DNA of 63,021 bases, filler included, from Reticulomyxa filosa (taxonomy: Eukaryota > Protista > Foraminifera), in the NCBI GenBank assembly GCA_000512085.1. It is 14 parts of 14 records of this genome, joined end to end, with 100 filler letters (N's around TTAATTAATTAA, not from the genome) between each part and the next. Parts side by side here need not be neighbours in the genome. Positions count along the whole stretch, not along the records: positions 40,390 to 45,741 come from ASPP01033166.1; positions 45,842 to 50,235 come from ASPP01024512.1; positions 50,336 to 51,505 come from ASPP01043323.1; positions 51,606 to 57,254 come from ASPP01010834.1; 10 more parts are not named here. One strand, given 5' to 3'. Below, one piece after another: positions 40,780 through 54,065 of the stretch (its first letter is position 1; each line of letters opens with the position of its first letter). Position numbers and translations under genes: made by a program. The notes beneath the pieces are model-generated. The model saw only the letters and a program-made list of their open reading frames with translations, did no database searches and was not told where the DNA came from.

Positions 40780-43700
40780 GAATTCTTCTAGCCACATGTA
40801 TTTGCGCAATTCGCTTCCACGTTTTGTACAAAATTGCACAAGTATTTCTTGATAATGGTATTCACTGAAGCAACTGTAGGTCGGCGAGGTTTCGTATTAA
40901 AAATGCGACTGCTGAACCGGTCGGAGACTATGAACATTTGTTACTAGTCTTCTCTTGCGATCGGTTTATTGGTAGGTTTGGACTTCAATTCGCCAATGTG
41001 ATTGCTTCTGCCATGATTATCACTCGCATTGCCATCTTGTTAGTGTGAGCATTTTCAGTTTGTTGAAAACAGCAGCCACATGCCAAACGAGGTCAGTGCA
41101 ATACCGACAGAGACAGCGACAGTAGTCGTAGCATTTTGGTCCGCGTTGAGTCGGTTGCACTTCTTGCATGAGCTCCTGACGAGCCGGTGGTCTGTGACAA
41201 AGTGGGTCCTAACAGAACCTTCTCGCGGGTGCTTTTCCGGCAACGTGAGCGCATCATGCACTACCTCCATCTTTCAAATTATTTGTCAAATAAATAATAC
41301 GTAATCTTTATTTATTATGCCATAAAATACATTAATAACACAATGGAAATATCTTTGGAAATAATATTAATATCCAAACAATGAGTGAAGTTTTCAACAG
41401 GTTGATATGGATGTCCTTTTCATTGTTTTTGAATAAATTGATGAAAATAGACTTGACAATCTTTTTAAACTATTCTTGTGTTTGCATTTTCGAGATGTTC
41501 AAGGCACAAGATAATATGGCTTGGTTCGAATCCGAGCAATGTTTCGGCAAGTGGCTGATCATGTACTTGCACCGCTCTGTCGGAAACGACCCAATGTTTT
41601 GGCCAAGCGCTTGTAGAACCCGTCCTTTTCATTGTTCGACTTCAGTGCAATTTCATCCAAAAACTTCACCTTTCGAATCAACAAGCGTTCAAAAAACAGT
41701 GACAACAAAAGACTTTTTGTTGTCATTTTTTTTTTTAGATAATGGTCCAACATCACCATGAAGATTGCACAATTTACTTCAATGCTCTTATACGTTCTTC
41801 TTCATTTGTGACTCCATCACCTAGTCCATTATCAATTCTACTTCTTGTAGCTTAAGAGTACTACTTTGATAAAAACAAAAAAACAACAAACTAATTTAAA
41901 TTGCTTACAAAAGAAAGAAAAAAAAGACAAAAATATAAATTTTTAACTTGAATAACTTTGTGCGTTTGAATGAATGAATTATACAATATAAATAGTTCAA
42001 CCATTTCCTTCCAATCTTGCTTGCAACGATAATAAAATTTTGTATTGAAAAACGATACAATAATTGATCGAACTGCAGTGTCCATAGTCGTAATATTTTC
42101 TACCAACGTGGAAATATTACCAATTTGCGTATCTGATGTGTATTGTAACATTTGGAGTTACGTACAATATATCGCAAATACATGTGAATGCAATCAACAC
42201 CAATATCTGATTATCTAGATAATTGAATTATGCACGTTGATTGTTTGTAATGAATTAGCCCATTTGACTTTGGATGCGTCTTTGAAAAGCTTAATGTTGT
42301 GCAATTGCAAACACGTAATATTTCCATTGTCACTTGCGTTCGTTCCCATATATCATCCATAACAATCCCATCGCCTTGATGAAATACGTGCCGTTACCTC
42401 CTAGGGATTTATTGTATTGGCTCCCTTCATTCACCTTTTCGCTGTAGCTGTGAATACGTCTTGTTTCTTTGCGCAAATACGTCGTAGTTGTCATCGTTCC
42501 TCTTTTTATATGATTGTTCATATTACTTGAATGGTCTCCACGACTATTTGCCCATTGTTTCTTTTTTTTCTTTTTTTTTTTCTTCTTTCTCTCACTCCAA
42601 ACCAAGTAAAGCACCTCACATGAAATGATCTAGGTTCACATTGCTTTGATTGAAACATATTACAACCACTGAACATGTGACACAAAGAATAAATATACAA
42701 ACCAAACTTCAAATATAGCTGCTTTCCTTCGCACCTGATCGAAGTTTGCCATTTTGTTGTTTTTTTGTTTTTGCCTTTTTTTTCCACAACTCCCGGTAAA
42801 TGTATCTATTTTTTTTTGGACTGTATGGACTGATTCATGGACTTATCACTAAGCAATCCACTTTTGAATCTTCATTGCGATAATCAAGATGAAATATGAT
42901 TTATATAAATTCACATTGTCTTCTTATCCTAGGTGATTATTCATGATACGGCACATTTATGATTGTTGATATGCCTGTGACCTGTTTTCCTCCAATACCA
43001 GTTAATCAGCCTGTTTGTTGGACGTTTTTTCACAATGCAATTATTCCAAGCTGTTTTTAAGCGATCCCTTTATTGCATAATATATTTATCCGATAATAAT
43101 ATCAACGCGTTGGTAACCATATTAATAATTTGGCTGATCACGTCCAATGTTTGGATTATCTGGGGCAACACAGCTCGGGGACAATGCAATTTGAGCATAG
43201 CTATTGTTGAAAGAGCTCAAGTGCCCATCAACAGTAACAATAACTTCTGTTGACGAGGATAAAAGGCATTTAATGCTTCCGCGCACCACCTACATTTGCA
43301 AATGGAATACATTATATACATGTATATACATATAATACAAATGTTGCTTTGGACAAGTTGTTAATAATCTTTAAGCTTTGACTTGCTCGATGTTTCATTT
43401 GGACCAAAAACCTTTGGGCTGTCTAATTATATCACATCTACATTTACATGATAATGATAATACACAACTTGGAGATTATTATTATTATGGTAGGAGGATG
43501 GTGAAGTCGAAAAAAGAGTAAAGACGATCCTCCATTGAGTTCTTGTCTCGAATTCACTTGAGCTTGTTATATATACGTCCATACATACTTGATTTTTCTG
43601 TACATATCGACGACAGCCACGACAATATCAGTTCCATCTCCTTTTTGATGACGACATTTTGAATTTGGACGCTGATTTTGTTTTAATGCTTGGAGAATGC

Positions 43701-45741
43701 TAAAGATTATTCCCAAAAGTACAGCCGACTAATGCCCATGACGGAATTGTGCTTGGTGTCGACGATTATGTTGGCATCCATCCAATGCAAGCTTCACTCC
43801 ATCCAATGAAAAATACACTCAATAATATCCACAATAATCAACCACGTGCAGTAATATCCATCGTTGTAACCACATGATCAATTTCACTACCGGTATACTT
43901 ATACTCGTTGTTGCAATGCAACACAACATCAGCAAATATATTCGACAAAGATAATCCACTTGTTCGGTTCCTCCTCATTGATATTATTGCTGGAGGCATG
44001 TCCACAAATTATTCGGCATGTCTTGAGCGACCGTGGACTGGATATGATGTTCAATTATATAATGTTATGTTATGTTTTTCGATTATTTTTTTTAACAAGC
44101 AAAAATAAAAAATATATAATTACCAGTACTTGTTGCTGCACTGGATCCCGGACATGTTGGAGTAATTTCTCCAATAAAATAAAATTTAAAAATAATTCTT
44201 TTTTTCTTTCTTATCTTTCTTTTTTTTTCTTATTTCTCTTTGTTGTTCTTTTTTTTTTTATTTATTATTTTTCTTTTTCAAATCTTAAAAAAAATTTCTT
44301 CTTCACTTTTTCTTTTTTCTTATATCAATTTTTCTTTTTTCTTTCTCTTATAATTTTTTTCTTTATTTTTTTTTTTCATTATTATTACATTTTTTTTTAC
44401 CAAATCTTTTTCCCCCCTATTGTCACATTTTTTCCCCCCTTATTGTTTTATTTTCCCCCTACACCCTACAGCAACTTATTTTCAATTTTTTTTCATTTAT
44501 TTTCCAACTTAAAAAAAACATATATTGCACCGGACATCTATAAACGCACAAACAAAATTATATTTTATAATTTTTAAAGATCAAACAAAAAACAAAAATA
44601 TACATACTGTTAATTGGGTCTAGATCTTCATATATATTTGTTTTTTCCTATAAGAAAAACACTATCAAACACTTTTTTGGAGGGAAGGAAATAAGAAAAA
44701 CAAAAACACAAAATAAATTATTTTCTTTGCGCGGGGGAAGTCCTATTTTGTCACAAACCATAACCACATTTTATAACAAAAGAAAAAAAAGTATATATAC
44801 AAACATACACAAACCTTTATCCCTAATCTCAGGTGCGGGGTAGATTTCGACCCCAATTATTTTTGTGTGTGTGTGTGTGGGAATTGGAAATATACGTAAC
44901 GATCTTTGCGGTCGGGGGATTCCTATATCATAAAACACACGACAAATGAATAAATTTTAAAAAAGAAAAAGAAAACCAACCTATTTTTCTCCTTTCGGAG
45001 ACGGGATGGATTCTCCCCGTTTATTCTATTTTTTTTTTCATCATGTGGACTGTCCTATACAAAATACACAAAGCAACTATTATTATACGTTGAATAACAA
45101 ATAAATAAACAAACGTATACTGTGTTAAAATAATGAAAAAAGTGTTTACCATCTCTTTGCAAGTGGCCATTGCTTGTTGTCGTTGTTGCCACTGCAATAA
45201 ATACCAACATCTTCTCATAGTAGCCTTTCACCGTTGTGGTCATTGTCACTTTGCTCGGCTGGCTATACACGTACACACATAATAACATAATGTCACATTT
45301 GTTTTTTTTTGTTTAGAATTTTTTAAAAAAAACAACATAAAAACAACTATACCTGATAGACACATTGCACCATGTATTCGCTTTGGTGACAATTGTGCTT
45401 GAGTGATGTTGTGACTCGAGATGTTGTGCATTTGTGTTGGCAGCTGCTGTTGTTCGCTAGTTAGTGTAGGACTTTTATATAACATCAAATTACGAAATTT
45501 GGGACATCTTGGCTTTTGTTTGTCTTCTTTGCTTTGCCTCCCAAATTCGTCATTTGCCAAATGACCTTCCCCTTTGCGAGCAATTCTCAATAAACGGAAC
45601 AGAGTCTCTGTGTCCGTTAGCTCTTTTTTGATAAAGAGATTTTGCCGGTCCAACGCACATATTCCAAACATGATCGATTTTGTCTTGCTCTCCCCGCTGC
45701 TGCTGTCACAAAATGACGACTTGAGCAATATTTAAGAAAAA
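40780..45741 (-). pseudogene. Fragmented or decayed coding segments of unknown gene(s)
   Basis: Many short protein-like - strand pieces (e.g. 41055-41270, 41559-41759, 45246-45728) broken by stops and frameshifts; no family recognised. Confidence 0.35.
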
Positions 45742-45841
45742 NNNNNNNNNNNNNNNNNNNNNNNNNNNNNNNNNNNNNNNNNNNNTTAATTAATTAANNN
45801 NNNNNNNNNNNNNNNNNNNNNNNNNNNNNNNNNNNNNNNNN

Positions 45842-48200
45842 CATCCTGGTAATGAACAAGCAGATGCAGTGGCAAAGAAATCAAGATTCAAAGATTGGAA
45901 TATGTTGGTAACTATTACAGATTCCATTGCGGAAGAGTAATTATCCTGACTGATTGCAATTTCGTGATTAATGCAATATTCAACAAATGGGATTCTGACA
46001 TCAGAATGACCTTTAATCCAATAGATCTCTGGTACGTTATTCTCATTAAATGATTTCAATACCTTCTGACAATCCAATCCTTTGTATACGTCCAATCGTT
46101 TCTTATATGTGTCTGCTGCACCATGATACTGTCTTGTATAATAAATTATACGTAGGGTCTGAAAAAAAAAACTTGGTCTGACATAAGTATGTCAAATATC
46201 CAAGTTTCCTTGCTGCCTTATACGTAATTAACATGCTTGGAATACGCATATGGAAATCAAATAACAATCCAAGATACTTTACATGATCAATTTAGGAAAT
46301 TTCTTTTTGTTCTGCGTCTTATCAGCTGCAAATAACATCTTCCATTTATTGAACCAAATGGATACTTCATCCAGGCTTTGTTGCAACAGTTGTAATTGAA
46401 CATCACTTTTGAATATTGAGTCCACAATGTCACGTCATCTGCGAACATGCCGCATTGAATAGGTCGATGAATCACTGTTGGTAAATCATTAATATATAAT
46501 AGGGATAATATTGGGGATACCTTGAGGAACACCAGTATTGAATTCCCTACTCTTCCAAGTCGATCTGATAAGAAGTTGTCAATCCGCCAATACAATCTTC
46601 TATCTAGTTGGAATGTATATCTCTCAAGCCATTTCTCCAAACACTGTCATATACTGCAGAAATATCCAATAACACTGAATTGCAATCGAATGACTTGTTG
46701 ATTGTCTCAGTTAATCTCAATAACAACTCATCTGTGTTATGCCAAGACTGGAATTTACCAATACTTGGCAGCAATGCAATTGGTCTATAATTTTTGCACT
46801 GACTATGATCTCTGTCAGGCTTAGGAATATGTACAATGTTTGCCTTTTTCTATGCAATTGGCATATATCCCTTCATAATCATTGGCAGCCAACAGCCAAA
46901 AGCAGGGGCAAACAGCCAGCGCTCAAGGGAATGGACACAATGTCCAAAATACATCTCCCATGGCGACATGACAAAATCATTTATCATCCACCAAAAGGAA
47001 ACTTCGGGCAGAGTCCAAAGCAAACTTTGGGAGCATCCGAGCGCGAGGCAAGCCCAAAAAAAAACAAATGGTTGTATTGTGTCCCCCTGGGATTCATCAA
47101 ACACGTCATACAGTCGTACAGAGCCTTCATGCTCTAGTGGATTAATTACTTGATCTCTTCAGGAGATTTGGAGACTTTGTGATACCATCCGGTCTGATCA
47201 AAATCTACGTTGGTATTCCACAATTTGAGAAAGAAATATTAATATGTTTTTGAAAAAAAAATCATTTAAACATCCTCCATCATCTAGGTAAACTTTTGAA
47301 AAAAAAGTTGTATTTTGAAGGAAGACAAGCACAAAACAACTAGATACTGCAATCAATAACAACAAGTGATTTTAATTTAATCTTTAAAATATCAAAAAAA
47401 AAAACCAAATAAAATCTCAAAAGTTGTACGGCGAGATCAATCAACGGTTGCAAAAACAAAGTTGGCTATTCCCTGTGGAATGTTCAGGGGGAATTACATG
47501 ATCAACGCTAATGCTCAACTGAATCCTCTGAGCCTTGTTTTCGAAGTGTTGAAGTCTCAGTAAAATATTGAGATTCAAAAAATAAAATTTAAACACTTAT
47601 TATTAAAGAAGTAGCTAAATTTTGTTCGCCATTCTTTCTTGTTGATATTATTTTGTTTCGACTGTTCATTTTGGGCGTTTCGTTTGTTATCTTGTATATA
47701 CCTAATCTCGCGCAAAATCGCAATATCAGATATCTGACTAGTAAAAAAATTTAAAAAAAAATTTTACTAGTTAAAAAAATTTCTTTGAAAGTATTTTCTT
47801 TGTCTTTGTTTCTGTTTTGCTGACGACGAAAATAGTTGTTAATAATCGAAGATTAATTGCCTTCATGCAGCGAATTGATACTGTTTACCATATGTTGATG
47901 TTTTTCTAATTGCGATATCCTTCGCAATTGCTTGGCACCTTTCTTATATAGCATCAAATTCCTTGGTGTTATTTGTTTACGAAATCGGTTCTTTGATAAT
48001 CGACTTAGACTATCCACCAATCTAAATTGTTCCTATTTGTTGCTCCTCAGATTCCAAGTTTCAATCTTTTGTCGTTCAATTCGTGGTGAAGACCACGTGG
48101 TTTTGATATTGAAAGATTGTGAGATGATCTAAGTGCACATCCAATTCATGACAATGTATTAAGTGATTTTCATATCAGATTGTAATTCTTGTTCGAATGC
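45842..48200 (-). mobile_element. Degenerate non-LTR retrotransposon (LINE) ORF2 fragments: APE end, RT, RNase H pieces
   Basis: - strand: DHLTI.FNIKTTW (APE end, ~48100-48130); WKKANIVHIPKPDRDHSQCKNYRPIALL; LLDISAVYDSVWRNGL; LSLLYINDLP..MFADDVTLW; IYWIKGHSD; many stops and deletions. Confidence 0.88.
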
Positions 48201-48539
48201 TTAAAAATTGAATGTTTTACACTACAAATTTCGATAGAAACTAGAATAATAACGGTTTCTTTTGATCAAATTTCCACCCGACACGATTCATAACCAAATA
48301 CATTAAACGTATCAGGCATTCTATTGAATGATCGTGATAATGTATGCAAATCTCTTCGGCATAACACTCCAGATCTTCCTGTTTCACTCCAGTGATGAAC
48401 GTATAGATTCTGGAAATTATAATCAATGTCCTTCTTCTTTGATCTGAATCCTTCTTGCAGATATGGGGCTGCTTCTGATGCAAGTTTTGTTCTAATATTT
48501 GATGTTATTCTGGAATAATAATAGGCTGCTGATCATGGA

Positions 48540-50060
48540 TCTGCTCGCATATAAATGAATGGTCAATTGAAATTATTGCAGCAGAGTCTGGACGAAATAT
48601 CCGTTTGGTCGAATAAATTGGAGATTTTACTTGCAGCTGATAAGATACATTTAAATATGACATTAGCAATCAAACCTGAAGGAATACGATGATGTGAAGT
48701 ATCTTGTATATTTTCTTGATTTCGCATGATTTATTTCAAGCATATTAATTATGTGTATAAAAAAGTTACGAGGAAACTTGGATATTTGACACATGCATCG
48801 GCATTTTGGAATGGTGCAGCAGACACTTATAAGAGACTATTGGAAAGAATACAAAGGATTTCAATGTGTCGAATACTTGATTTAATGAACCAGACTGCTT
48901 ATGATACAGTCAATGTTATTTTCCAACTTACTCTTGAATTACGACGAATGTAAGAAGAGGTGAAGTTGTATCACAAGTGCATCAGATTGTCAGGTCGATT
49001 TAATAATTATAATCTTGTGTCAACACTAGACTTATTTGCATTACATCTCATTGATTGATAAATAGTCGACATTGTCTCGTAGATTTATCCAAGATACTGA
49101 GGCTGATATGCCGATAGTTGAACCAGATTCGCATTCAATCCACCGATTCAACCTGTAATGACGCCAATCAAATAAATCACCATTTGTGATCTCCAATGAG
49201 CCAACATCGGATAAATTTTGTTATTGTTGGATCTTGATTGTATTGTAATATTTTGTGATAGAAGCACATTCCTAAATCCTGGAAGTTGAGGTGCAGGAAT
49301 TATTATTCAAGGTCCATGTATATCACAATTTCTGGGGTTGTAATATTTAATCAATTGGATCACGACATTGGATAATATATTGAAGCAATGATACTTGCAT
49401 TAGATTATGTCAGTAATCATTACGAATTACATTGTGGAAGTTGTGATTATTCTAACTAATTGCAATTTCGTGATTAATTCGATTGGATTCCGATATCTAT
49501 AAATTACCAATTATGGATTGTTATAAGATATTGATATCATTTAATGAAGGTAATGTCCCATAGATCTATTAGATCAAACAATGCTTGTAAGAAAGTCCAG
49601 CAATTGCAGCCATATTTAATTCAACAACATAGATCAGCTGCATTCCTGTTTAAATCCTTTCTTTACATAGCAATGGAACAGACATTCGATTTGTGAAAGT
49701 ATTGATATTCCAAGACATACAATGCCACGATATTTTCTGTCTAACCTGATTGAAGCACAATCATTTGATATTGTGTTGCATTCATTGGTATTTAGCGAGC
49801 GCAAGATTATCTGTCGGTTGACCACTTGTAAAGTTAAATTGAATGATTATTTGTATAACATCCAAAGATCAGATTTTCCTGATTGTATTTAGTGCCCTTG
49901 ATTGAATGTTTGCTGTATCAAGAACTACGTCGCAATTGATGGACAAATGTCCAAGAATTGCTTCCAGATATCAATGTATTGTCCCGGTCAATGAAACACT
50001 ATCAAAGTTTTGAAAGCAGCAACAAAGTTCGTAATCGATACCAAGAGAATGATTTGAACA
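48540..50060 (+). mobile_element. Second degenerate copy of the same LINE family (RT 3' end, RNase H, C-terminal Cys region)
   Basis: LLQQSLDEISVWSNK; KHINYVYKKVTRKLGYL; WNGAADTYKRLLERIQR; STFLNPGS*GAG; ICRLTTCKVKLNDYLYNIQRSDFPDC; similar to the reverse complement of 46080-46400. Confidence 0.85.
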
Positions 50061-50335
50061 ATTGTCAAGTTTTTTCAAGACAAATTTAAATTGAAATTGA
50101 AATAATTTTATTGTTCTGTTAATTATTTTGCTTGGACCTTTTGGTCAAGAACTTATGACCACTTTGAAAGAATTGAAGAAGTTAAAAGATCCAAGAGTAT
50201 TCCAGTTGTGAAAGTTATATTCACAAAAGATTGCTNNNNNNNNNNNNNNNNNNNNNNNNNNNNNNNNNNNNNNNNNNNNTTAATTAATTAANNNNNNNNN
50301 NNNNNNNNNNNNNNNNNNNNNNNNNNNNNNNNNNN

Positions 50336-50798
50336 CATCACTCCAAACACTTAAATATTTCATCACCAATGTATGTCTTAGATGTGGAGATCCACCAAAA
50401 GACAACAAAGTGATTTGATTGTTGTCTTTGTCGTTGTTACTGTTGCTATCTACCAGTTTCACTACACAGTGTCCATCTAATATAACATCCCTTGGATACT
50501 GACAGATAAACTTGTATTCGTTTTTGAGTGTATGATAAGAATAACAAGCTCTTTCATCATTACCTCCACAAATGAGGAGTTCGCATTTGTGTAGCACACA
50601 TTGAGATTGATAAAGTGGAGCGGGCAACTCCTTCAAAGTTTGAAAGTGGGTATTAATCTGTTGATTTCGTTCAGTTTCAGTTTCAGGAGAGCTTTGTGTT
50701 GTAGGCAGCTCTTTCAAAGTTTGAGAGTGGGTAGTAATCTGTCGACTTTGTTCAGTTTCTTTTTTAGGAGCGTTTTGTGTTGTAGTTTGATTGCCCAT
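50336..50798 (-). CDS. Kelch-repeat protein, 5' part
   Basis: MGNQ start; FQTLKELPAPLYQSQCVLHKCELLICGG..CYSYHTLKNEYKFICQYP..GHCVVKL..LLSFGG. Confidence 0.85.
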
Positions 50799-51659
50799 GT
50801 TGTTAATGTTTAGGAAGTTTTTTTTTTTAAAAAAGGGGCTGTGACCTAACCCTTTTTGAGAAAACAAAAATATTGTACATTAGCATATTTTATTTGATTA
50901 AACATAATTTGAACAATGAAAATTAAAATGAATGGAAGTTGAATTATTGTATCGAGAACTTTGAATGAAAAAATAATATCATTGTTATCTATGAACCAAG
51001 ACTGAGATTGTGACAGTCTTGAAATAATGAAAGTATCAAAAACATGGATATTGTACCTTTCTTTTTAAATTAAAAATAACAAAAAATCAGTGATTAAGAA
51101 TCTTGAAATGTTTTATACTTGTGTAGCTTTAACTTGTATTTGCATTTAGTCTTTGTCTGTACACAATCCTTGTGTTAAGAGAAATTTAAAAAAAGAGAGA
51201 TTTACTTCATTTCTTGATTATAAAATGATTGGAGTTTTTAATGGTGTTTTTTTGTCCTAAAACTTTTTTGTAAAGCTATGCAACTTGTAATCCCTATTCA
51301 GCCAACATTTTGCAAAAAAACTTTGGGAAAAAAAAGTAAATTATTCTATATATGTAAATTAACTTGTTTATTTTATTTGAATTCACGCATATGCGTTTTT
51401 GTAAAACATCAAATTCTGATTAAATAGATTTCATTTTAATCAAAACAATTACGCATAAGATATACAATCAAATGCATTTCTTTTACAAAAAAAATAAATG
51501 GTTACNNNNNNNNNNNNNNNNNNNNNNNNNNNNNNNNNNNNNNNNNNNNTTAATTAATTAANNNNNNNNNNNNNNNNNNNNNNNNNNNNNNNNNNNNNNN
51601 NNNNNGTAACTACTACCGTTTTCCGTTTTTTTTTTTTTTATTTTAAAAAAAAAAAAAAA

Positions 51660-52542
51660 AAGCCACAATTAGATGGCTTTTGGTTGAATGAACATCCAAT
51701 GTTATTTTGCTGTAGCGAAGCTGTGGAAGAATTGTCCGGTTCGGGGCTCTCGTATTTGAATCGCGGAGATATTGAACATGTTGAAATGATACTCTCAGAT
51801 TTTTTCACAAGGGGAATTAAGCCGTCGCAAATCGGTGTAATTACCCCTTACGAAGGCCAAAAACAGTATACGTTACTGTACTTACAAACTAAGGGACGAT
51901 TCGCAAATAAGAAATTGTACGACGAAATCGAAATTGCGAATATCGATGCATTCCAAGGACGTGAAAAGGATTACATTATTTTTTCTTGTGTTCGCAGCAA
52001 CGAAACACAAGGGATTGGATTTTTACGAGACCCGAGAAGACTTAATGTGGCACTCACTCGCGCAAAATATGGTGAGTTTTTTTTTTTTGCATAATAAATA
52101 AAGAACACAAAATTGGCTCACTCCAATTATAACATTTTTTTCTTTTTTTTTTTTTTTTACATTAGGTTTGATGATAATTGGAAATCCTGACGTGTTGATA
52201 CAAGATCCATTATGGGGGGATTTGTTACATCACTTTAGCGAACGTAAAGTATTAACCGAAGGAAATATTAATGCGCTGACACTGAGTGAAGTAAAAACAA
52301 GGAAATCTCATCGATTCTATCGAGGTTGGTCATTACTGACCTACAAACCAAAATCAACATTTTACCTAAATTCTAGCAGTATTGAAAGATACTCCAAGCA
52401 GTTCAGTAACACAAGACAACAAGACGACGAACAACCAACTAGTATGTAAAAAAAAAAATCCTCTTTAAGGCTTAAAAAAAGTCTCTGCAAAAAAAGTGCT
52501 GCTCTTGGAATTGCTGATTATTTAGATGATCCAGAAGAATGA
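51660..52542 (+). CDS. UPF1: UPF1-like SF1 RNA helicase, C-terminal part
   Basis: SGSGLSYLNR; QIGVITPYEGQ; IDAFQGREKDYIIFSCVRSN..GIGFLRDPRRLNVALTRAKYG|LMIIGNP. Confidence 0.88.
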
Positions 52543-52692
52543 AACAACAGTGAGAAAGCAGAAAGGGAGAAGGCCCCTTCAAAAAACAATTGGCTTAGTG
52601 TTTTTTGTTTTTTTTTGCTTCCGCTTTACTCAAAAACGTACATTCTTCGTTTCTCGGATCGATCTCGTTTTTTTTTTGTTAGCTATTCGCAC

Positions 52693-53696
52693 TCACTTTT
52701 TTCGTAATCTTCAAAGCCACTTTGAGTCGTTTCAGTACTTTCTTTGTCTTCGAATAGGATTTGAAAGGTTGCACTTTGGATCATTTCTTCAACGTACAAA
52801 AAAAAATTAGCTCATGTTGTATTGTAGGTACAAAAATCAATCTTTTTTTTACAAGAAATAATACCATTAAGAACAACGTGAGAAATTTGAGCTAGTGAGA
52901 TATTTTGTGAGGTGTTTTGTGTAAGAGGAGGGACAAGGATTTCGTTTATTTCTTTCTTTTCTTGCTTTGTTGTAATATTGCATTGTTCTAAGGATTGTAA
53001 CACATCATCCATTAAATTAAATGAAAGTACTTGTGCCAATCCGATTACCAACAATTTTTCTTTTAGTTTTGTTTTTTTTTCTCTTTCTTTTATCTTTTTC
53101 TCAATAAGTAATTTGTGTGCTGCAAATTTTTCTTCTTCTGATAGCAATATATCCGTTATTTTATCTTGTCTTATTTTTTCTTTGATCATCAAATTTTCCT
53201 TTGTATTTATCAAATATTGTTCAAATATTGTTCAGAAAACTATAATAAAGTTTATTTTTCTGATTATTTTGTCAACCTTGTGCCTTTGTAAGTTTTGCAA
53301 GAGGATTTCTTGTTTGACTTCAAAAATGGATTGGGTGAGAACGTTGTCGGCAATCACGTCTACTATTGGTTGAATTTCTGTGTTTATATCAAAGAGTTCA
53401 TCACTATTCACTTGAATGCCCATATCTAGACCAGTTTTTCCTTTCACTTTTGGAGGAGTTACAGGTCGAGGAACCACCTCGTCTGCTTGCACTTCCACTG
53501 ATTTTGTAAGAGGCAGATTGGTAAAATGCGGATAGATGTTTTGTTCCACCAGAAATTCATCCAAATCAATTGGGATGTGCTCTTGTGTAGTATACGTCTC
53601 GTTATGAATCTGCGCAGTAGAAATATACTTTTTTCTTTTGTTTATTTCTTTTTTTTGTCTCTGCCTTGTTGAACTTTCCGATCCGTTGAACCACAT
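52693..53696 (-). CDS. RSPH3: Radial spoke protein 3-like
   Basis: EVQADEVVPRPVTPPKVKGKTGLDMGIQVNSDELFDINTEIQPIVDVIADNVLTQSIFEV matches the RSP3 core (RPxTP..KTG.D..Q..ELFD..PxxxxxxxxxxxQSxxEV) followed by a coiled coil. Confidence 0.78.
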
Positions 53697-54065
53697 GAAT
53701 TGCTTGAGAGTAGTAACTTTAGATGTTCTTCAACGAGGTTGAAGATTTTAGTTAATAAAAATCTCTGTCGAGCACAATGGCAATACTACATACTGGATTG
53801 ATGTTAAGGGAGTCTATTATGCTGAACAATGTCGTCATTTTTCACGCATATTTCTGTTTTTGTGCAAAAAAATTGATTAGTTTTTTTTGCCAATAATGTC
53901 AGCTTTATGAATAAAAAGCTTTTTTGTTGATATTAAATTTGAAAAAATCTAAACATGATACACGTAAAAAAACAAAGCCAGTCACAAAAACGTATTCTCA
54001 TTTTTTTTGTCCGTTCTTTGCGCATCAAAAAAAAGAAGGAAAAAAAACCAAATAAAAGAAAAAAA

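Noticed and set aside
43960-44577. 205-aa Phe-rich ORF resembling a mitochondrial membrane protein
   Set aside because: Low-complexity T-rich, probably low-quality sequence with no recognisable motifs
53211-53232. 11-nt tandem duplication CAAATATTGTT x2 apparently frameshifting RSP3
   Set aside because: It can lie within a GT-AG intron (~53199-53276) whose removal restores the frame (HK|ENLMIK)
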